Positions 1-9,123 of a stretch of DNA of 64,000 nt are shown in pieces (position 1 is the stretch's first letter; the number at the start of each line of letters is the position of its first letter). The notes beneath the pieces were generated by a model that was not told where the DNA came from, ran no database searches, and saw nothing but the letters and a program-made list of their open reading frames with translations. The position numbers and the translations under genes were made by a program. The stretch comes from an uncultured Chloroflexia bacterium (GTDB taxonomy: Bacteria > Chloroflexota > Limnocylindria > Limnocylindrales > CSP1-4), in contig CAVYCV010000008.1 of assembly GCA_963767165.1 (NCBI GenBank), forward strand, positions 41,978 to 105,977, written 5' to 3'.

Positions 1-527
1 AGATCCAGTTCCCCAAGCTCGTCCTGCCGGTCGCGGCGACGACGGCCGGCGTCGTGGGCTTCGCGTTCGGACTGATCCCGCTGGGGGCCCTGCTGCTCCT
101 CAACGCCCACCGCCTGAGCCCGTACGTCCTGCTCGTCCCGGTGATCGCCGTGGTCCAGTACATCTTCACGCTCGCGATGGCGCTGCTCGTCTCCGCCGGG
201 AACGTGTTCTTCCGCGACCTCGGCAACGTGTCGGTGCACATCCTTCGGCTGTGGTGGTTCCTCTCGCCCGGGCTGTACAGCCTCGCGTTCCTCGACACGC
301 TCCACATCGTCGAGCAGTACCCGATCATCAAGACGCTGGCCGAGGCGAACCCGTTCGCCATCCTGTTCGAGGCCTACCGAATGGTCATCTACGGGACGGA
401 GACCTCTCCACCCGGCTTTCCGAACTGGGGCTCTCTGGCGGTCCTGACGGTGGGCAGCACGCTCTTCCTCGGCGTCACGACCGTGGTCTTCAAGCGCCTC
501 GAGCCCAACTTCGCCAAGGTCCTGTGA
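1..527 (+). CDS. ABC-2 type polysaccharide/teichoic-acid exporter permease (Wzm/TagG/KpsM-like), 5' end outside window
   Basis: Frame-0 ORF runs from the window edge to TGA 525-527. Several predicted TM helices. Immediately followed by a translationally coupled ABC ATPase. Confidence 0.65.
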   Translation, partial: IQFPKLVLPVAATTAGVVGFAFGLIPLGALLLLNAHRLSPYVLLVPVIAVVQYIFTLAMALLVSAGNVFFRDLGNVSVHILRLWWFLSPGLYSLAFLDTLHIVEQYPIIKTLAEANPFAILFEAYRMVIYGTETSPPGFPNWGSLAVLTVGSTLFLGVTTVVFKRLEPNFAKVL

Positions 528-1360
528 CCGCGCCGCCAGGGCCGCCGCCCATCCGTCCGTCGCGCGAGCACGCCATCCGGGTCGATGACCTGGGTGTTCG
601 CTATGACCTGCGCTTCACCCGCAAGACGACCATCCGCCGGTCGTTCGGCCAGATGCTCGGGCGCGGCGCCTCCGAGCCGTTCTGGGCTCTGCGCCACGTG
701 TCGCTGCGGGTGCTCCACGGCGAATCCCTCGCCGTCATCGGGCCGAACGGAGCGGGCAAGAGCACCCTGCTGCAGGTCCTCGCCGGCATCATCCGGCCGT
801 CCGAGGGATCGGTCGACGTCCTCGGCCACGTGTCGGGCCTGCTGACCCTCGGGGCGGGCTTCGACCGGGACCTCTCCGGTCGGGACAACATCCTCCTCGG
901 AGGTGCGTTCCTCGGTCTTGACGACGACGTGACCCGCGAGCTCCTGCCGTCGATCATCGACTACGCGGAGCTCGGCGACTTCATCGATGCGCCGCTGAAG
1001 ACCTATTCGTCGGGGATGCGGGCGCGCCTGGGATTCGCCATCGCGACGTCGGTCGACCCGGACATCCTGCTGCTCGACGAAGTCCTCGCGACCGGCGACG
1101 CGCAGTTCCGCACGAAGTCCAAGGCACGGGTCATCGAGCTGGCGAAGTCGGCCAAGGCGGTCGTGCTGGTCACCCACGACATGGCGTGGGTGACGGAGTA
1201 CTGCAACCGCGCCGTGCTGATCGAGCGAGGCAAGGTGATCATGGAGGGTGAGCCCGCCGAGGTCGTCGAGATCCACAAGCAGCATTCCGAGGAGGCGCGC
1301 GCGCTCCGGATCGCGGCCGCCCAGGCCGCGGGCGTCGACCCGGGGATCGTCAAACGCTGA
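524..1360 (+). CDS. ABC transporter ATP-binding protein (Wzt/TagH-like) of polysaccharide exporter
   Basis: GTG start overlapping the permease stop (GTGA). Walker A GPNGAGKST, ABC signature YSSGMRARLGFA, Walker B ILLLDEVLATGD. Confidence 0.8.
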   Translation: MTAPPGPPPIRPSREHAIRVDDLGVRYDLRFTRKTTIRRSFGQMLGRGASEPFWALRHVSLRVLHGESLAVIGPNGAGKSTLLQVLAGIIRPSEGSVDVLGHVSGLLTLGAGFDRDLSGRDNILLGGAFLGLDDDVTRELLPSIIDYAELGDFIDAPLKTYSSGMRARLGFAIATSVDPDILLLDEVLATGDAQFRTKSKARVIELAKSAKAVVLVTHDMAWVTEYCNRAVLIERGKVIMEGEPAEVVEIHKQHSEEARALRIAAAQAAGVDPGIVKR

Positions 1361-2030
1361 GGGCGCCCTCGCGAACGACCGGTCCGCTCCGCTCCACGAG
1401 CGAGTCGTCGTCCGGGACGTAGGCGTACCGCCGTCCGCACCGGGTGCACGAGAGGACTGGATCGATGGCGTAACGCTCCACCTCGGCCGGCGCCGGATCG
1501 CCGTTGGCGTCGCGCAGGCGGCCACCGCAGGCACAGACCCAGCCGATCCGACGCGCCGGGCTGCCCGCGGCGAGGGCATGGGCGCCGACGCTGCGGGTCA
1601 CGACCGAGCCAGCCCCGACCGTCGCGAACCGGCCGACCGTGCAACCGGCGAGGATGACCGCGCCCGCGCCGATCGAACTGCCGTAGGCGAGCACGATCGG
1701 CTCGATGACGCGGTCGGCGTCGCTGGCGATCTCGCCCTCAGCGGTGATGGCTCGCGGGTAGCGCTCGTTGGCGAGGATGGCGCCGGTGCCCAGCAGGACG
1801 CCGTCCTCGACCGTGCCACCGCGCTGGATGACCGCGCCGTCCTGGATCTGGACCCGGTTCCCGATGTGGACACCATCCGCGATGACGACATGGAGACCGA
1901 CGCGCGTCTCGGAACCGATCGCGACGGCGTCGCCGAGGCGGGCGTGAGCCGAGATCATCGCGGCCTGGCCGACGCTCGCGCCGGCGCCGAGGCTCGCGCT
2001 CGGATCCACCTTGGCGGATCGATGGATCAC
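1350..2030 (-). CDS. hexapeptide-repeat sugar N-acetyltransferase (PglD/WbpD/NeuD-like) with C-terminal CxC...CxxC zinc ribbon
   Basis: GTG start. Left-handed beta-helix hexapeptide repeats (VGDAVAIGSETRVG...IGNRVQIQDGAVI). C-terminal WVCACGG...CTRCGRRY. Confidence 0.65.
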   Translation of the reverse strand: MIHRSAKVDPSASLGAGASVGQAAMISAHARLGDAVAIGSETRVGLHVVIADGVHIGNRVQIQDGAVIQRGGTVEDGVLLGTGAILANERYPRAITAEGEIASDADRVIEPIVLAYGSSIGAGAVILAGCTVGRFATVGAGSVVTRSVGAHALAAGSPARRIGWVCACGGRLRDANGDPAPAEVERYAIDPVLSCTRCGRRYAYVPDDDSLVERSGPVVREGALSV

Positions 2031-2108
2031 GGTGGCGCTCCACTAACGACTGTCGTTCTGGGCTCCCGAGTATAGACCGGGGGTCGGGCGGCCCCGCCGC
2101 GCCCGAAG

Positions 2109-2873
2109 TCAGCGGCGGCGGAGCAAGCCGATGACGAGTCCCGCCGTGGCGCCGAAGGCGATGGCGCCACGCCAGTCCATGAGCGCCTTGACGTTGCCGT
2201 CGACGTTCCGCGCGACCAGCACCAGGACAGCGCTCGTCCGTTCGAACGTCGCGCGCCCTGTGATGGCCGTGCCGATCAGGCCCTGTTCGAAGCGGAGGTC
2301 GCGGGCCAGGACGTTGCGCACGAAGCCCTGGCTGACCCGAGCGTCACTCGCGATCGCGACGCCGATGCCACCCATCTCGACGGAGATCCGATCGGCGCGG
2401 GCAAGGCCAATTCCGCCCTGGCTCAACGCGACGTCCGTCGCCTCGACGCGGCCGATCCCGCCCTGCCGGACATCGACCTGCTGGGCATGCGCTTCGCCGA
2501 GGCCACCTTGGCTGATCGTGACGGTCCGGGCCTCGACCCTGCTCGAACCGTATCCCGTCGACAGCGGCACGACCGAGCCCGACGGCACCGAGTCGACGCG
2601 AGTCGTCCGTGGCGTCAGGGTCGGGTCGCCGCTCGACGTCGCGCGCGCGGCGGCCGACTTGGCCGCGGCGGCCGGCTTCGCCGTGACAGCGGCTGCGGCA
2701 GACTTTCCCGACGCAGTCGGCTTCGGCTTTGCGACGCTCGAGTCCTTCGCGCCACGCGCGGCCTTGGTGGCACTCGCGGGCTTCGCCGCGGCCGACCGAG
2801 CCCGGGTCCCCTTCGGCTTGGGCGTGGCGGCCTTGGCGGTCGTCGGTTCGTCGGGCGGTTGGCTGTCGGCCAT
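2109..2873 (-). CDS. tail-anchored protein: Lys/Ala/Pro-rich basic N-terminal tail, about seven 15-residue (Q)GGIG repeats (predicted beta-solenoid), C-terminal TM helix
   Basis: ORF translation shows period-15 repeats xxAxxVxVxQGGIGx. N-terminal AKxAxxKPK low-complexity region. C-terminal AIAFGATAGLVIGLLRRR. Confidence 0.55.
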   Translation of the reverse strand: MADSQPPDEPTTAKAATPKPKGTRARSAAAKPASATKAARGAKDSSVAKPKPTASGKSAAAAVTAKPAAAAKSAAARATSSGDPTLTPRTTRVDSVPSGSVVPLSTGYGSSRVEARTVTISQGGLGEAHAQQVDVRQGGIGRVEATDVALSQGGIGLARADRISVEMGGIGVAIASDARVSQGFVRNVLARDLRFEQGLIGTAITGRATFERTSAVLVLVARNVDGNVKALMDWRGAIAFGATAGLVIGLLRRR

Positions 2874-3079
2874 GGCTGGGTTCCTCAGGTTCGGGCAGAT
2901 GGGCTCAGCGCGCTGGGCGCGGCTCGTCGTGTATCGCGCAGCCTACGCCCGGTTCGTCTTGAGCGCGACAGCCGGCCTCGTCCCGACGCTCCGAATCGGC
3001 GGCTCCTGTATCCTGCGCCAGCGTTGCGCCGCCCTGGAGGATCGGGGCCCGGACGCGACACGGACGAGGGGATCGATCG

Positions 3080-4288
3080 GTGCGCAGTTCGATGACGCCG
3101 AAGCGGTGGTTCGTCGCGTTCGTCGTGGCGATCGCCGCGGTGGCGGGTGCGGTCGGGCTCGGCCTCGTCGCGGCCGGTGCCGCCCGGTCGTCGGCGAGCA
3201 GCCCGCCACCGATCGCGATCGCGTCCTCGACCCCGGCACCGACGCCGTCGCCCACGCCCGCGCCGACACCGACCCCAGTCCCGACGCCCACGCCGACCCC
3301 CACCCCGGTCCCGACGCCGACCCCTGTGCCGGCGCCCCTCACCGGCAGGCTGGTCCAACCCAACATCGCGAAACGCCACCCGATCGCCGTCATGATCGAC
3401 GACCTGTCGGCGGCCAGGCCGCAGTCGGGGCTGGCATCGGCCTCGGTCGTCTGGCAGGCGCCGGCCGAAGGCGGCATCCCACGCTACATGGCGATCTTCC
3501 AGGACGACCTGCCCGATGTCGTGGGCCCGGTCCGCAGCGCTCGCTACTACTACATCGCCTGGGCGGCCGAGTGGCGCGCCCTGTACGTCCATGCCGGTGG
3601 CTCACCGCAGGCGATCGACACGCTCCGGGCGCAGGGCAGCGGTCAGCTCGTCTACAACGCCGACGAATTTCGCTACGGCGGATCGTTCTACCGGTCACGC
3701 GAGCGGTTCTCGCCGCACAACCTCTATGCGAAGGGCTCGACGCTGCGCAACCTCGGCAAGAGGGTCGGGGCGAAGGACAAGTCGTACTCGCCGGTCTGGC
3801 AGTTCGCGCCGGACGCTCCGCTTGCTGCCCGGCCGTATGGCGGGACGATCACGCTTCGCTACCCAGCCAACACGATCAAGTACAAGTACGACCGTAAGAC
3901 CAACACGTACCTGCGCTCGGTGACCGGCGAGGCGAAGGAGAAGGACGCGGCCGACGGGCAGCGGATCGCGCCCAAGAACGTCGTCGTGATGATGATGCGG
4001 TTCGGTCCGCTCAACGACGGCCACCCGAACAAGCACCGGCTGGAGGCCACCGTCGTCGGCAGCGGGACCGCCTGGATCGCCACGAACGGCAAGACCATCA
4101 AAGGCACATGGAAGAAGACCGGGCTGACGAAGCCGACCCGCTTCTACGACTCCAAGGGCCGCGAGGTCACGCTCACCGTCGGCCAGACCTTCGTGCAGGT
4201 CATGCGGATCGGCTACTCGGTGGCGTTCACGGCGGGATCCAAGGAGCCGCCGGCCACGGCCGCGCCGTCCGCTTCGCCCGCCGGCTGA
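3080..4288 (+). CDS. DUF3048 domain membrane-anchored protein (YerB-like) with PT-rich linker
   Basis: GTG start with upstream GAGGGG. N-terminal TM helix and a (PTPxP)n linker. Conserved PIAVMIDDLSAARPQSGL...ARYYY core typical of DUF3048. Confidence 0.65.
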   Translation: MRSSMTPKRWFVAFVVAIAAVAGAVGLGLVAAGAARSSASSPPPIAIASSTPAPTPSPTPAPTPTPVPTPTPTPTPVPTPTPVPAPLTGRLVQPNIAKRHPIAVMIDDLSAARPQSGLASASVVWQAPAEGGIPRYMAIFQDDLPDVVGPVRSARYYYIAWAAEWRALYVHAGGSPQAIDTLRAQGSGQLVYNADEFRYGGSFYRSRERFSPHNLYAKGSTLRNLGKRVGAKDKSYSPVWQFAPDAPLAARPYGGTITLRYPANTIKYKYDRKTNTYLRSVTGEAKEKDAADGQRIAPKNVVVMMMRFGPLNDGHPNKHRLEATVVGSGTAWIATNGKTIKGTWKKTGLTKPTRFYDSKGREVTLTVGQTFVQVMRIGYSVAFTAGSKEPPATAAPSASPAG

Positions 4289-4301
4289 GGACAGGGCTGG
4301 G

Positions 4302-5669
4302 TCAGGCGGTCCGCGGGACGCCGACCTCGGCGTAGATGGCCCGGGTCTCGCGCGCGACGTCGGCCCACGTCCGGCGCTGCCAGGTCGCCCGTTCGAGGGC
4401 ACTCGCCGCGATCCGCTCATGCACCCGGTCGTCGGTCCAGACCGCGCGAAGGGCGACGGCGAGGCGCTCCGGATCACGCGGCTCGACCAGGATCCCGGCC
4501 CCGCCAACGAGGTCCGAAAGCGCCCCGACCGCGGACGCGACGACCGGCGTCCCGCAGGCGATCGCCTCGCTCGCCGCGAGGCCGGCCGCATCGGAGACCG
4601 CGGGCAGGATGGCTGCGCGGGCGCCTCGGACGAGCCCTGCCACGACGGTCGGGGACAGGTGCGGGGCATACGTCAGGCTGCCGCCGATGTCGTGGCGCGC
4701 GGCGGCGCGGGCCAGGGCGGCCCGGTCGTCGGGAGTCGCGCCGACCAGCAGGATCCGGGGCGGCCACGCGACATCCTCGGGGAGTCCAGCGGGGCGGCCG
4801 GCCTCACCCAGTGACACCAGTGCCCGCAGGAGCGTGCCGAGGTCCTGGCGGGCGTCGTAGCGCCCGGAGTAGACGAGATACCGCTCCGGCAGTCCCAGGC
4901 GCTCTCGCTCGCGGGTCGCGTCGGCCTCCAGCCTGGCCCCACCGTGCCCGACGGCCAGGGAGAACGCCGGCCGTGACGCGAGAGGGACCACGCGCAGCCG
5001 GTCCGACCGGATGCGCAGGACCCGCCGGGTCGCCTTGGCGACGCCCGGGCTGGCCACGAGGACCGCGGCCGCCTCGCGCAGGAGCTGGGCCCGCAGGCGC
5101 TGGCCGAACCGGGCACTCGCCGACCGGGCGAAGACCTCGGGCATCTCCCACGGGGCGAGGTCCAGCAACGTCGCGACGACCGGCAGGCCGGAGGCGATCG
5201 GGAGCGGGCCGGCGCCGGCCGTGTGGTAGACGGCCCCGGCGGCGCCGCTGCGTTCCGCGCGCCACGCCGCGCCGAGCGAGGCGCCGCGCAGCAGGAACGG
5301 GTCGATGGTCAACGCGGCCGAGCGCAGCATCCGGGTCGGGGGCAGGAGTCGCCGGCCGACGACGTCGAGGTGTCCGTAGGTCGCGGTGGGGTCGTCGAGG
5401 TCGCTGCGCAGGAGGAACGCGAAGGACTCGCCCGGCAGAGGGTCGGCATCGAACGCCCCGAGCAGGCCATCGAGGTAGGCGGCGGTGATCGGCGCACGCT
5501 CGGGTTCCTGGATCGGCCGCACGTCCATCACGACCCGGACGCCCGCCGACACCGGCTCGTCGCCGATCTCCCGCAGGGTCGGTCGGGGGTCCGCGAGTTC
5601 GTTCGCCTCAAGGCGTTCGGCGCCGCCCGCCCCGGGGTCGCCGGACTCGGCGGCTTGCGGGTCGGTCAC
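4302..5669 (-). CDS. glycosyltransferase family 1 (GT4-type)
   Basis: C-terminal GT1 motifs (ILLVGATPDD..., EAIACGTPVVAS). Proposed GTG start forms a GTGA overlap with the upstream GT2 stop. The annotated 698-aa ORF is an in-frame high-GC extension. Confidence 0.6.
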   Translation of the reverse strand: MTDPQAAESGDPGAGGAERLEANELADPRPTLREIGDEPVSAGVRVVMDVRPIQEPERAPITAAYLDGLLGAFDADPLPGESFAFLLRSDLDDPTATYGHLDVVGRRLLPPTRMLRSAALTIDPFLLRGASLGAAWRAERSGAAGAVYHTAGAGPLPIASGLPVVATLLDLAPWEMPEVFARSASARFGQRLRAQLLREAAAVLVASPGVAKATRRVLRIRSDRLRVVPLASRPAFSLAVGHGGARLEADATRERERLGLPERYLVYSGRYDARQDLGTLLRALVSLGEAGRPAGLPEDVAWPPRILLVGATPDDRAALARAAARHDIGGSLTYAPHLSPTVVAGLVRGARAAILPAVSDAAGLAASEAIACGTPVVASAVGALSDLVGGAGILVEPRDPERLAVALRAVWTDDRVHERIAASALERATWQRRTWADVARETRAIYAEVGVPRTA

Positions 5670-6472
5670 GACCGTCGCCGCCGGCGCGTGAGGCGACCCG
5701 CCAGTTCCTCTGCGCGGAGCTGGACGACGACCACCAGCGCCTCGACCACGATCCGTCGCGACATCTTGCTCTGGCCGACGCGCCTGTCCCGAAAGACGAT
5801 CGGGACCTCCACGATCCGTGCGCCCCGTCGATCGGCACGGAACGTCATCTCGATCTGGAAGACGTAGCCGCCCGCATGGATCCCATCGAACGGCACGGCT
5901 GCCAGGGTCTCCGCGCGCCAGCACTTGAAACCGCCGGTCAAGTCGTTGGGCCCCAGACCCAGCACCGTCCGCGCGAAGATGCTCCCGCCGCGCGAGATGA
6001 CCCTCCGGCCGAGGCCCCAGTCCACCACCCCGCCGCCGGCGGTGTAGCGCGACCCGATCACGAGATCGGCGCGATCGGCGCTCACCGGCCCGATGAGGCC
6101 GGGCAGGTCCGCCGGGTCGTGGCTGAAATCGGCGTCCATCTGGACGACGCTCCGGGCTCCGCCTGCGAGTGCTCGACCGAACCCATCGAGGTACGCCCGA
6201 CCCAGGCCTTGCTTGGACGGCCGATGCAGCACGCGGACGCGTGGGTCGGCCGCCGCGAGGCCGTCCGCGAGCTCGCCCGTGCCGTCCGGGGAGCCGTCGT
6301 CGACGACAAGGAGCGTTGCCCCCGGGAGCGCCCCGAGGATGGCCGCGGAGATCGGGCCGATGTTCTCGGCCTCCTGGTACGTGGGAAGGACGACCCACAC
6401 GCCCGCGCCGAGCGCGGATGGTTCGTCGGGACCGCCGGCCGCGGCCGGGCGTGGGCTCGTCATCGCCGGCAA
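5666..6472 (-). CDS. GT2 polyprenol-phosphate glycosyltransferase (Ppm1/dolichol-phosphate mannosyltransferase-like)
   Basis: VVLPTYQEAENI, DDGSPDGT and QMDADFSHDP motifs. Confidence 0.8.
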   Translation of the reverse strand: MPAMTSPRPAAAGGPDEPSALGAGVWVVLPTYQEAENIGPISAAILGALPGATLLVVDDGSPDGTGELADGLAAADPRVRVLHRPSKQGLGRAYLDGFGRALAGGARSVVQMDADFSHDPADLPGLIGPVSADRADLVIGSRYTAGGGVVDWGLGRRVISRGGSIFARTVLGLGPNDLTGGFKCWRAETLAAVPFDGIHAGGYVFQIEMTFRADRRGARIVEVPIVFRDRRVGQSKMSRRIVVEALVVVVQLRAEELAGRLTRRRRRS

Positions 6473-6491
6473 GTGTACGGACGGGTCGGGG

Positions 6492-8981
6492 TCAATGGAC
6501 CTGGACCGTCACGCTCCTCGAGAAGCGGGTGGTGCCGAACTTGCTTCGGGCCGTCACCGTGACCTTGTAGACGCCGGGCTTGACGTACGTGCCCGCGGCC
6601 GTCTTGCCGCTCCAGGTCCAGCGGTACGTGCCGGTCTTGACGGAGCGATTCTTCCAGATCGTCCGGATGAGCGTTCCGGCCCTGTAGATCGCGACATCGA
6701 CCTTCGCCGCGCGCCGGAAGGTGATCACCGCCTGGCTCTTCTGCCGGGCGCGCGGGTCGAAGGAACGATCGGTCCAGCGGACGGCCGCGATCGTCCCGTC
6801 GACGAGGATCGTCCGCCGGACCAGCGTCAGGTTGCCGGCCCGGTCGCGACCCTTGACCTGGAACGTGTACCGGCCGGCCGGGACGAAGACGCCCGCCCGG
6901 GTCCGGCCCGACCAGGCGGTCTTCCAGCTCGTCCGCTTCGAGAACGACCACGATCGGACCGACGTGCCGGCCGAGTTGCGCAGGCGCACGACGCCGGTCA
7001 GCGCCTCGCTCGCCTTCCACGACAGCGGCAGCGTGTCCTGGTGACCGTCGCCGTCGGGTGAGAAGTACCCGCGCGACGCCGCGGTCGTCACCCCGGCCGC
7101 GGTCCGGTCGACGGTCACCGTGAACGCACGCTCCGCCCGGTTGTTCGAGGCGTCCGCCGTCCACAGGGTCAGCCGGTATCGGCCGTCGGCCACGACCGCA
7201 CCGCCCTGGTCGCGCCCGTTCCAGGTGAGTGACGGGGTTCGGCCGGCCTGGCTCCCGGTCCGCACGGCGGCCCCGAGGGTCGCGCCATTGACCCGCTGGA
7301 CGCGGTAGCCCCATGCGGTCAGGCCACTCGCGGTCAATCGCGCCGTGGTCGTCTCGAGCCGGCCGTCGCCGTTGGGCGACACGAGGCCCGACGAGATCGA
7401 GCCACTCTTGATCGTCGGCGGGACCGTGTCGGTGATGAACTTGGCCTCGATCGCCGCGTACAGCTCGGGGCGCGTGCCGTCGTACCCGAGCGCCCAGATC
7501 CCCGAGCCGCGCAGGCCGTACTGGTTCACCAGGTCGTACTTGGCCTTGAGCGCCTTCGCGTCATCGAAGTAGAGCTGGCGCCACGGCTTCACGCAGCCGT
7601 AGGCCGGTGTGCAGTTCTGCCGTCGATAGGCGGTCCAGGCGACGCCGTCGACAGCGTCATAGGACTTGCCGTAGGTGACCCCGAATTCGCGTGCGGTCAC
7701 ATACGGCACCGTGACCGAACCGCCGTACTTCGTGCCCGAGATGTTCTTCGCGTGCACCGACGAGCTCGACGTGGACCAGGCACGACCGTAGTACGGCACG
7801 CCGAGGATGACCTTCGAGGCCGGGATGCGCGCGACGTAGGCCTTCAGGGTGTCCCGGATGTCGTAGGTCGGTCCGCCGATCGGCGCGATCGAGCCGACCG
7901 GGGTCGACGAGGATGACCGGTAGTCGTAGCCCATCACCAGCACAGCATCGGCGCCGCCCTTGGCCGTCGCCGCCTCGATCGGGTAGTTGCCGATCCAGCC
8001 GGTGGTGTCGAAGGTGAGCTGGTAGCCCTTGGCGACGGCCTTGAGCGAGGACCTGACCTTGCGCACGAGCAGCGTGAACTCGTCGGCGTAGCCGGACGCG
8101 ATCGGCTCGAAGTCGAGGTTCACGCCGTCCGCCCCGCGCGCCCGCACGGCCGACGCGATCTGGGTCGCGAGATTGGCCCGCGCTGCCGCGCTGCCGAGCA
8201 GCTTCTTCTGCCGGGCGAGGCCTGTCGCCGTCCAGGCGAAGCTCTGCACGGTCAGCACGACCCGGGCGTGGCTGGCGTGCGCGGCGTTGATGACGCTGGT
8301 CATCCTCGAACTGGTCCAGCCGCTCCAGCCGACCGTCGCCGAGCCGTTGCTGTTCTTCCTGATGAGGTTGCCCTTGCCGTCCGCACCGACCCCGAAGTAG
8401 GCGACGGTCGAGATCTTCTCCCAGTCGAGCGTGGTCGAGCTGTCGCTCAGCTCCCAGTAGGGCAGGAAGCCGAACACCTCGCGCTTGAGCGCACCCGGAT
8501 CGACCGCGGCCGTCAGTTCGAACGTGGGCTGCCCATCGTCGAACGACCAGGTGGCGCCGTCGGCGGCGATGACGGTGGCAGGGTCGACGATCGGCGCGTC
8601 GACGCGCGGGGCGGTCGTGGGGACGAGCGAGGCTGCACCGTTCGGGAGAGCGCGGAGGGCCTTGCCCGAGGCCGATCCCGCGGGGAGAGCCCGTGGGCGG
8701 GCGCCGTCGACCACCCACGGATCGCCTGCCCGAGGGCGGAACGGCACGGTGACCCGCCCGCCTGCCTTGAACGCGATGCGGTCGTTGGCGTGTGCGAGCG
8801 CTTCCTCGTACTGCACGGTCGGGCGGAGCGTCGTGGCGCCGTCGGCCCGGGGTGCGGCGGCGAGGGTCGCGACCGGCAGCAGGCCGGCGCCGAGGACGAG
8901 TGCCAGCGCGGCGGCCATCGGCCGGAGACCGAGGAACGGCGCGGGCGGACGACGAAACAGCATCGGGTGGACGACCCTCAT
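6492..8981 (-). CDS. secreted GH18-like glycosyl hydrolase domain protein with C-terminal FlgD Ig-like repeats
   Basis: Signal peptide. GH18-like core (FGFLPYWE, DGVNLDFEP resembling DGxDxDxE with D->N). Repeated SPDGDG/NGRDQGG FlgD_ig-type modules. Confidence 0.55.
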   Translation of the reverse strand: MRVVHPMLFRRPPAPFLGLRPMAAALALVLGAGLLPVATLAAAPRADGATTLRPTVQYEEALAHANDRIAFKAGGRVTVPFRPRAGDPWVVDGARPRALPAGSASGKALRALPNGAASLVPTTAPRVDAPIVDPATVIAADGATWSFDDGQPTFELTAAVDPGALKREVFGFLPYWELSDSSTTLDWEKISTVAYFGVGADGKGNLIRKNSNGSATVGWSGWTSSRMTSVINAAHASHARVVLTVQSFAWTATGLARQKKLLGSAAARANLATQIASAVRARGADGVNLDFEPIASGYADEFTLLVRKVRSSLKAVAKGYQLTFDTTGWIGNYPIEAATAKGGADAVLVMGYDYRSSSSTPVGSIAPIGGPTYDIRDTLKAYVARIPASKVILGVPYYGRAWSTSSSSVHAKNISGTKYGGSVTVPYVTAREFGVTYGKSYDAVDGVAWTAYRRQNCTPAYGCVKPWRQLYFDDAKALKAKYDLVNQYGLRGSGIWALGYDGTRPELYAAIEAKFITDTVPPTIKSGSISSGLVSPNGDGRLETTTARLTASGLTAWGYRVQRVNGATLGAAVRTGSQAGRTPSLTWNGRDQGGAVVADGRYRLTLWTADASNNRAERAFTVTVDRTAAGVTTAASRGYFSPDGDGHQDTLPLSWKASEALTGVVRLRNSAGTSVRSWSFSKRTSWKTAWSGRTRAGVFVPAGRYTFQVKGRDRAGNLTLVRRTILVDGTIAAVRWTDRSFDPRARQKSQAVITFRRAAKVDVAIYRAGTLIRTIWKNRSVKTGTYRWTWSGKTAAGTYVKPGVYKVTVTARSKFGTTRFSRSVTVQVH

Positions 8982-9104
8982 CCAGCGGCGGGAGCGTCCA
9001 CCCTAGTCCCGCGACGCAAGCAACGACTACGCGACGATGGTCCCGGGGAGTACCGGTACGGTGTGGCTGGGTGGGGACTGGTGCGGTCCTGCGGCGGGCC
9101 GACC

Positions 9105-9120
9105 GGGCCCGAGCTGACCG
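9105..9120 (-). terminator. short hairpin (CTGACC-GAG-GTCAG) just 3' of the peptidase gene
   Basis: 5-6 bp inverted repeat seen in sequence. No U-tract. Confidence 0.2.
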
Positions 9121-9123
9121 AGG

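Noticed and set aside
3230-3340. (ACCCCGACGCCC)-like nucleotide periodicity
   Set aside because: It encodes the PTPTPxP linker of the DUF3048 protein (coding low-complexity region), not a non-coding repeat element.
2131-3897. 588-aa plus-strand ORF, Arg/Pro-rich, antisense to the repeat protein and overlapping the DUF3048 gene in another frame
   Set aside because: Typical stop-codon-poor antisense ORF of high-GC DNA. The composition (R/P/A-rich, no motifs) and the overlap with better-supported genes argue against it.
4302-6398. 698-aa extension of the GT1 gene through the GT2 gene in another frame
   Set aside because: GT1 homology begins about 450 aa from the end. A GTGA-coupled start at 5669 fits the operon structure.
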